A DNA stretch of 64,000 bases from the human T2T-CHM13v2.0 reference genome, Homo sapiens. The position numbers were made by a program, and so were the translations under genes. This document shows, in pieces, positions 56,101 through 64,000 of this stretch. How positions within the stretch are numbered: the first letter of the stretch is position 1; each line of letters begins with the position of its first letter. The notes beneath the pieces were generated by a model, which made no database searches, was not told where the DNA came from, and saw only the letters and a program-made list of their open reading frames with translations. The stretch lies in the NCBI RefSeq assembly GCF_009914755.1, contig NC_060936.1. One strand, written 5' to 3'.

Positions 56101-57172
56101 ATTGATGATCCATTGTATGTTAGCTTTCATATGTGCTACTAGGTAGGGATCTAAGTTCATTTTCTTGCCTATGGATTTCCAATTGCTTGAACACCACTTG
56201 AAAAGCCTGACCTTTCAGTATTGAATTGCCTTTGCATTTTTGTGAAAAAAAATATTTCTGTGTGGGTCTATTTCTGGATGCTCTATTCTGTTCCATTGAT
56301 ATGTCTATCTTCATGCCAATGCCACACTGACTTAGATTACCACAACTTTATAATAAGTTTTGAAATCAGGTGTTATTAACCCTCCAATTTTGTTCTTTTT
56401 CAAGGTTTTGTCTATTCTATATCCCTTATATTCTTCAAGAGAATCTTATAATGTTTGTCAAATCCTTTCACAAAATAAAAGCAAAAGGAAACCCCTGTTG
56501 AGAATTTTATATGGTTGTGTGGAATTATAGATCAATTTGAGAAAAACTGATGTCTTAATATTATCAAGCCTTCTGACCTATTAACTAGGTATATCTCTCT
56601 AAATTCACTTGTAGTTTTCAGAGTACTGACATTTATTCCTTTATATTCTTTATACCAAATACAGTACCATGAAAGAAAATACGGTTGTGATACCAATATT
56701 AAAACTTTAAACCTTTTTCTGAATGTGTATATATCTCTGAAATTGTATTTTATTTGGCCAAAATATACACTTTGCCTTTCGGGATATCTTTCTATTATTT
56801 TAAAAGGATTTCTGTCAATATATATTTTTCCATTAAAATAACCATTTTCTTAAACTTGATTTTTACAGCATTTTACACAGTTCATTTTTTATGAGAATTT
56901 TTACACACTACATATATAATTCTCATCTATTTTTACATCATGTAGTTTGTGAAGTTAAAGATTTGGCAGTTAAATGGCTTAACAAGTTTTTCAGATTCAC
57001 AGCTAGTCATCAAAAAAGCCAAGTGTAGAAGTATAATACCTATTTCTTAGCATTATAGGACACTTGATTGTGTTCCAGTAAATTAACTTTGAATTTTTTC
57101 CCATTTTTAGGGATGATGAATTAAGGTTTTAAACAATGTAACAATGAAGTGCATTTCTTATCTGCTTTGCAG

Positions 57173-57393
57173 TTCAGTTAGCATAAGGAAAAAACTTTCT
57201 TCTTACTGATTCTTAGAGGTTATCAAACAAAAATCTTAGGATAATTGCCATCCTACTTATCAAAGGGCAAAGCCCAGGGTTATGATCTTATGAACAAGTA
57301 GTCAGTTTTGAAGGGACTGATATGAATTTGTGTAATCATCCCTCTAATTGTTTTATTACAATGTTTATTTTTTCCAAAGAATTAAGATAACTG
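57173..57393 (+). pseudogene. Fossil exon 14 (phase 1-0): QLA*GKNFLLTDS*RLSNKNLRIIAILLIKGQSPGL*SYEQVVSFEGTDMNLCNHPSNCFITMFIFSKELR*L
   Basis: Acceptor catttcttatctgctttgcag, donor CTG|gtaatt. Phases fit both neighbours, but stop density alone is uninformative. Confidence 0.6.
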
Positions 57394-57669
57394 GTAATTG
57401 GTACTACCTAATAGTTAATTAATTTAACCTAATTAAATACCGTACATTTCAACAAAACATGTAACTCCTTCAGAGGTGCAGTTTTAGCAATTGAAATTAA
57501 ATATTTCAATATGCCTGAAGTTTCAAATATTATGCCATGATGCATGCAAAAATGATTAAATTCTTCTCACTAAAAGTGCTTTCTGTTTTATACGTTTCAA
57601 GGTAAATACCATTTTAGGTTGTAGCATCTTATGATTTCTAAGGTAATGTTGATTTTATCTTTGATGCAG

Positions 57670-57945
57670 AAAGCAACTGTCACTGGGAATTGACTAAGCT
57701 TTTTGTTGTCAAAGGTTACTACTATTTTTACACCACCCTGGTATGCCAGTAAATGTTTCTCACTTCATTATCACGCCGAGGCCTTTATAATATTGCTAAT
57801 ACAGGATGAAAATATTTATTCACATTTGGTTTGGATGTTTGCGAGCATGAATGATTGTGGGGAATCAAATGTAGTTGTTAAAAAAGGGTTTCCGCTGATG
57901 AACAACAAAATCCCTCAGAGCTATGGGTACAAGTATTTTAAAAAG
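57670..57945 (+). pseudogene. Fossil exon 15 (phase 0-0): KATVTGN*LSFLLSKVTTIFTPPWYASKCFSLHYHAEAFIILLIQDENIYSHLVWMFASMNDCGESNVVVKKGFPLMNNKIPQSYGYKYFKK
   Basis: Acceptor ttttatctttgatgcag, donor AAG|gtacat. 92 codons with one TGA. Overlaps ORF-track entry 57703..58008. Confidence 0.8.
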
Positions 57946-58428
57946 GTACATTTATTTGATTACCACCAGATGTTTGTAGTGTGTTCCAGTTGCTTCCCTA
58001 TTAACTGACTTAAAAAAATAGTCATTAAGCCAAGACTTCTTCAACTTTCTAAACAAGACTGAGTTTTTTTAAAATATAAATTCAAATGTATAAAGTATTT
58101 TAAAAATACTAAATTATGTTTTTAGCATTCAGCTTATTTTGGAGTTAAGGGTTGACTAACTTCAATTGTTTGTTATGTTGCTTTTTGCTAGGTTAGAAAT
58201 AAGTATTTTAAATATGTGGCAGAAAACCTTCTAAAGCACCTAAATGAGCCATTATTAAAGATCTGACTTTATTATTATTTATTATTAAAGATTAGACACT
58301 GAATGTGTTTAGATGTATACTTCAGAGTTTTTCTAAAATACTAAATTCCCACATTTTTACTTTCCTAAAAACAATGTTGGACTTGTTCTAACCAGCTTTA
58401 CTTGAGTTTCTTTCTAAGTTGCTTACAG

Positions 58429-58875
58429 GGCGAATGACTTAAATCACTGTTGTTCAGATTGATAGTATATGATGATTTAACCCTGAGAACTCTAGTGCTG
58501 TGTATTTTGGCTTCATTCCAAGTCACCCTGAGCTACACATAGGGTATACTTTGTCTCTTCTGAAATCATGAAAACTGCAGTTTCAGGTTATGTGCTACCT
58601 GCTTCAAAATAATAAACTGCCCTATCTATTGCCTTCATGCATGAACCTATAAAGTGTTTCCCATGATTCCTTTAAAACTAAATTGGGAACGTGTTCTGTC
58701 AGTGGATATTCATTTCAGTGGATATTCATTTAAGTGTATGGGTTTGCATGCTGTTGTTATATCTGTTTTAGAAGTGGATTTTCACAGGAAACTAGCAGTG
58801 TTTCCCTGTAAAATTTAGGTCTAATTTCATGTAGATAATTATTGCTGCCTCTACCTTTTCTCTAAGTGTGTATAA
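58429..58875 (+). pseudogene. Fossil exon 16, probably terminal (frameshifted): GE*LKSLLFRLIVYDD / FNPENSSAVYFGFIPSHPELHIGYTLSLLKS*KLQFQVMCYLLQNNKL / IYCLHA*TYKVFPMIPLKLNWERVLSVDIH...
   Basis: Acceptor tttctttctaagttgcttacag in phase 0. Protein-like stretches occur in two frames. The 3' boundary is uncertain (alternative donor after 58586). Confidence 0.5.
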
Positions 58876-60420
58876 TTGAACACACAATTACTTATTTGTA
58901 ATCCAAGTTACTAAGTAGAGTTTCAAGCCAAGAGCTTCTAGCATAAAGCAGTCTCTTTGGTTAGCATTTGAATATGGAAGCCACACTACGTGAAGAGTAT
59001 ATTTTAAGATTAACAATGTTTTGGAAGCACTTTTAAAAGAAATCTTATGACTACGTTTACAACTCTCAGGCTTAAATCAAAGGACTTGCCTTGCTGGAGA
59101 AGATCTGAGAGATAAGAACACATAAAGCCTCAGTGGTAAATCAGTTTGACATAAATAAGGTTTCAAAATGTTTAAATTCAGTTTAACTGGGTTCTTCAGT
59201 TTACAGAATGCCAAATGATTTGTTTAACAAAACATTTCATGATATTTCTCTAAAGTTTCAGTAGAGAGAAAACCAGAAAATAAGAAACATGACTTTTGAA
59301 ATTTAGAAAATCAAATCGAATCTGTATTAGCAGCTTTAACGGACATGAGAATTTTTAATTTTCTATTTTCAATCTTTCATGTATACTCAACAACTTTTAT
59401 AATAACTGTAATATTTGAGATATTTGGGGTGTTATATTTGAAAACTATCTTAAGGCCATTTTGGCAACATAGACATTTGTATCTCTCTCTCTCTCTCTCT
59501 CTAGATACGGGTAGGTAGAGTTACTTATCTCATACGTAAAATAGATATCACATATCTCTTGGTTGATCATTTTGAAAATTAATTTAGAAAACATAGTTTA
59601 AAATATGTGTTTTGATGACAGCCTATAGGTCCAGAAATAATATGTTATGTATATGTATATGTGTGTGTTTAAACACATGTAATATATATGCTTTATCTCA
59701 GAGAATATCCTTTCAAAAATATAGAAACTTAAAAAACTAAAGTTACTTTAAAAGAGTACATTTTTAAAAATAATAAACTATCATTCGATTTACTGAATAT
59801 GTGTTAAATCCACGTTTCAAATAAGACACGATGAGTTTATATTGTTTTGTGATATCTCATCCAAAAGAGACAAAGCAGACTAAAAGAGAGGATAAGGGTT
59901 TGGGGGGCAAAATGGTTCTGAGCCCCCAAAAGTCTTTGGAAAATTTTGATGCTCTGGGGTTCAGTAACTGAGCAGGAGGCTCCACTTTCTTGTGAAACTA
60001 CCCACAAGATTGACTTGATTCTTCAAACCTTCATCTCTCTAGTTCTTGTGACTCTTGGCTTAGCATCAATGGTCAAATTAAATTCTTCAGGCCAGGAGAA
60101 ATAGAGGTGGCCCTTACAGGCATCCCCCCAACAAACAATCTTAGACAGTATTTTATCAACCGGGAAAGCAATATTTACAGATGCTAAAAGATAAAAGGCT
60201 TTCTAAAAAAAAAAGAAAAAAATTCAAGTGTCAAACAAGCAAAGGAAAAGGAAGAAGAAAGTTACAGCATTGGCTGACTTGAGGGTCTTAGCAAGAATTT
60301 TCTAAATCTACAATAATGATATTTCAATAATAAGTTTTTGATTAGTTAGATGGTATAATGTCAGTAGGATAGAATAGCCAAAGTTATGCTGATAGCAAGG
60401 CATTAAAAGATATTTAGAGC

Positions 60421-60723
60421 TGGGACCAAGGTGGTGCCTCACGTCTGTAATCCCTACACTTTGGGAGGCCGAGGCAGGTGGATCACTTTGAGCCCAGGAG
60501 TTCAAGTCCAGCCTGGGTAACATGGCGAGACCCTGTCTCTACTTAAAATCCAAAACTAGCTAGGCATGACGGCAAGCGCCTGTAGTCTCAGCTACTCTGG
60601 AGGCTGAGATGGGAGGATGTCTGGAGCCCAGGAGGCAGAGGTTGCAGGGAGCCAAGACTGTGCCACTGCACTCCAGCCTGGGTGACAGAGCTATACCTTG
60701 TCTCAAAAAAATAATTAAAAAAA
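60421..60723 (+). mobile_element. AluJ SINE
   Basis: tgagcccaggagttcaag, gggaggatg..gagcccaggagg. Confidence 0.93.
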
Positions 60724-61153
60724 ATACTTCATGGGCAGAATGTAGAATATTTGTTAAACTATTTGTTGGAGGAGTTTTAAAGAAAATGAAGGAAGAAAGA
60801 AAATAAGAAATAAAAACAGGCTTATTTAATGAGCCCCTTCTAGATGCCAGAACAAAATATAAATTGAATAAATAATAAAAATAAATACTACCTATTTTAA
60901 GACAGAAAATATATTTGAGATGTTTCTACTCATTTCTTACTAAGAATCAAGTCAGCAGTTGGGGGAAGAAATAGATATATCACAGAAATAATTCATTTAT
61001 TCAAATTTATTTTTGTTAGTTCGCAGAGTAAGAATGCAAATGTCTTGGATTTCATTCTCCAGCAATTAGCAGTATATTTTTAAGCCAGTTGGAAAAAATG
61101 CTGTTTCTGGGATAACTAAAATCTTGCAAATGAAAACTCAAGATCAAATAATC

Positions 61154-61452
61154 AGCTGTGCAAGGTGGTTCACACCTGTAATCCCAGCAATTTGGAAGGC
61201 TGAGGCAGGTGGATTGCTTGAACTCAGGAGTTCAAGACCAGCCTGGGCAAAAAAGTGTGAGACCTCATGTCTACAAAAATAAATAAAATTATCCAGGTGT
61301 GGTGGTGCACACCTATAGTCCCAGCTACTTGGGAGGTTGAGATGGGAGGATCACTTAAGCCCAGCAGGTCGAGGCTGCAGTGAGCCATAATCACACCACT
61401 GTACTCTAGCAAGACCCTGTTTAAAAAAAAAAAAAAAAGAAGAAGAAGAAAA
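61154..61452 (+). mobile_element. AluJ SINE
   Basis: ggattgcttgaactcaggagttc, gtcgaggctgcagtgagcc. Confidence 0.92.
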
Positions 61453-61654
61453 ATCTATCCATATATAAACTTCACTATATTGCAACCAATGTTTTTGTTG
61501 GCAAAAGCAATTTTGATATAGACAAGAGATCCCTTCTCTATAGTTTTTCAGAGATTTTTCTCTCCAGGGATTTATATTCTAGAGGCCTAAAACAAAAGTA
61601 AAAGTAGACTTAATTCATTCTGTTTCCCTGTCTTTTCTCTTCTTCTTCCTTTTA

Positions 61655-61990
61655 GCCTAATCACCAAATATTTATTTTTGGGCACTGGGCTAGGTGCCAT
61701 GGAACAAGAGATGAATAAGACATAGTCCCTGCGATCAAGAGGTTTATCATCCAGTGGGAGAGATAGAATAAATAAAAAAAAAAATAAAGTGTTGTGGCTT
61801 TTTCATAAAAATATGTACCTATGGGGAAAAAGAACGAAGAAGTTAGTTATATATATTAGTCTGCTTTGTCTCTTTTGGATGGTAGTTTAGATAATTATGA
61901 GCTTATATTTGCAAAATGGGCAAAGTGAAAAGAGCGTTCCAGGTGGAAGCAACAACACAAACAAAAGCAAAGGCTTAAAATAACAGGTGT
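61655..61990 (-). mobile_element. L2 3' relic
   Basis: ggcactgggctaggtgc..gatgaataagacatagtccctgc. Confidence 0.75.
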
Positions 61991-62521
61991 GTGCTGAAAC
62001 CCACCCCATGGAAGGAGGCCATGCTTCATGGCATAAACAGGCCCAGGGAACTCAGTTTGTGACAGCAGGGAGAAATGGAGGCGTAGGTGAGGGTGGTTTT
62101 CCTTGCTTCATGGGTATATACTGCATTGGTACCTATGGCCGGTTCAGGGATGAGGGGTGGAAAGTGAAGGGAGGATGTTTGCTTTCTTTCTCCATCACAC
62201 CCTGAGTTTTCACTGTAAGAAGGAAGGGAATGAGGGAGCCTCTATTCCCTGTCTTTCAGAATGGGCAACCAGTTCTCTTCACCACCCCCAGCTTATACTC
62301 TTCCAGAGTGTATCTTTAAACATTGGGACTGTTTTTATCTTCAGAACCTGGAGGAAAAATACTTCATAGCCCTCTGCACAAAGGCTTGGCCAAATTGTGA
62401 TGTATAGGAAGGACCGGCTTGGCCTCAGGAAGGGACCATTCATTTTGATAACATCCAGCAGTTGGAACTTCTCTGTAGATGTGAGGACACATGGTCTGAG
62501 GCCCCATATGCGCAGGCTTTG
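61990..62521 (+). mobile_element. LTR-less class I ERV fragment: leader plus gag matrix (MA) start
   Basis: ATG at 62261 gives MGNQFSSPPPAYTLPECIFKHWDCFYLQNLEEKYFIALCTKAWPNCDV*EGPAWPQEGTIHFDNIQQLELLCRCEDTWSEAPYAQA, matching the ERV9/HERV-W-like MA pattern CILxxW..AWP..WPxEG..QLxLFC..WSExPY. Confidence 0.88.
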
Positions 62522-62592
62522 TTTTGGGGGAAAATGGCGGTCAGATTCCTCCCTGAGGTTTATCTAAGTGTTCCTAGCAAAGGAAACTTTGT

Positions 62593-62825
62593 CCCCTCCT
62601 CTTTCTCTCCCTTCCCCTCCTCTTTCTCTCCCTTCCCCTCCTCTTTCTCTCCCTTCCCCTCCCCTCCCACTTCCCACCTCCTCTCCCCTCCCCCTTCCCA
62701 CCTCCTCTCCTTCCCCCTTCCCCTCTCCCCTCTCCCCTCTCTCCCCTTCCCTTCCCCTTTCTCTCCTCTCCTCTCTTCTCCTGTCCTCTCTGTCCCGTCC
62801 TGTCCTGTCCTGTTCCATTCCATCT
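62593..62825. repeat. Polypyrimidine tract with three copies of a 21-bp unit
   Basis: cccctcctctttctctccctt x3, then C/T-rich low complexity. Confidence 0.95.
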
Positions 62826-62924
62826 CTATTCCTGTCATCTTTGTTGTTGTTTGTGCTGGGAAAGTCTGTGCTGGGAAAAGGAGTTTGGGCCAATTTGGTA
62901 AAAAGAAATTTGTTTCTTTGTATA

Positions 62925-63365
62925 TCCATTTATTCATTCAACATACATTTATGTAGTACCTACATTATGTTCCTGGGAAATGAAGAGAAAATGACTTGAT
63001 CCATGGCCTTAACTTGTCTATTTTACAGCATAGTGGGGAGAAGATATAGGAACTACTACAATACAATGTAATAATTCCATAATGAAGGTATGTATGAGCT
63101 GCAGAGGAAATGCAGAACATAGTAAGTACTTGAGGTCAGACTTAAAAAAAATGAGTAATTTTCTGTGGGGAGAGGAAATCAGACAGAATAAATACATTTT
63201 ATATTCAAAATTTCAGACAAGTTAGGGAACCTGGCATGTTTAAAGAAAAACAAATGGCTTAGAACGACCTGAGGAAGATAGATGGGTGAAACCATTGAAG
63301 CTAAGTGAGGGCCAGATTTGGAGAGGACTTCATGACAAAATTTTTAAGAGCTATGATCTGATCAG
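62925..63365 (-). mobile_element. L2 3' relic
   Basis: catttattcattcaacatacatttat tail plus L2-like body. Confidence 0.75.
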
Positions 63366-63409
63366 AATTGCATGAGCAGAGTAAAAAAAAAAAAAGGAAC
63401 TAACATTAG

Positions 63410-63749
<340 letters not shown>

Positions 63750-63779
63750 ATGTGATGACTCCTTTGGATATAATATCTC

Positions 63780-63985
63780 AGTATGATCCAGTGGGAAGAG
63801 CACAACTTTGAGTCTAGACAAACTTGGGTTCAAATCTTAGATCTTCTTCATTAATTTTAAGAGTTGGGCCAATTATTTAAGTTCTTTGAACTCCTACCCT
63901 CTTCATAATGTTTAATTCATAACCTGCAGGCTTGTTATAAAGAACAGATGCTAGGTGTAAAATGAATAACATAGGAAGTATAGCT
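63780..63985 (+). mobile_element. MIR SINE
   Basis: ctttgagtctagacaaacttgggttcaaatc..ttatttaagttctttga. Confidence 0.75.
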
Positions 63986-64000
63986 ATATTGTTACTACTA

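Noticed and set aside
57670-57804. Splitting exon 15 into 57670-57740 and 57805-57945
   Set aside because: Requires a 64-nt intron and skipping exon 14. The unsplit frame is open apart from one TGA. Not fully excluded.
62462-62999. Pro/Ser-rich and Gly/Glu/Arg-rich ORFs
   Set aside because: Low-complexity C/T tract. Only the first ~20 aa of 62462..62956 are real (ERV gag remnant).

Overview
AT-rich primate genomic DNA, probably human or great ape (AluY and an L1PA2-type insertion are present). It is dominated by interspersed repeats: two near-full-length antisense L1s, a near-full-length Tigger2, a split Charlie1-type hAT element, about 15 Alus, L2/MIR relics and ERV fragments. No intact protein-coding gene is present, and nearly all ORF-track entries are repeat or microsatellite artefacts. 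The main result comes from reading the non-repeat islands by hand: 16 AG/GT-bounded segments on the + strand (11987 to about 58875) join with compatible intron phases into roughly 900 codons, interrupted by nonsense codons (TGA the most frequent) and a few frameshifts. This looks like the 3' part of a decayed, unprocessed (possibly unitary) pseudogene whose conceptual protein resembles about 7 tandem PH/PTB-like domains. I do not recognise the gene. Repeat subfamily names and protein similarities are from memory of consensus sequences, not from searches, and boundaries of old repeats are approximate.
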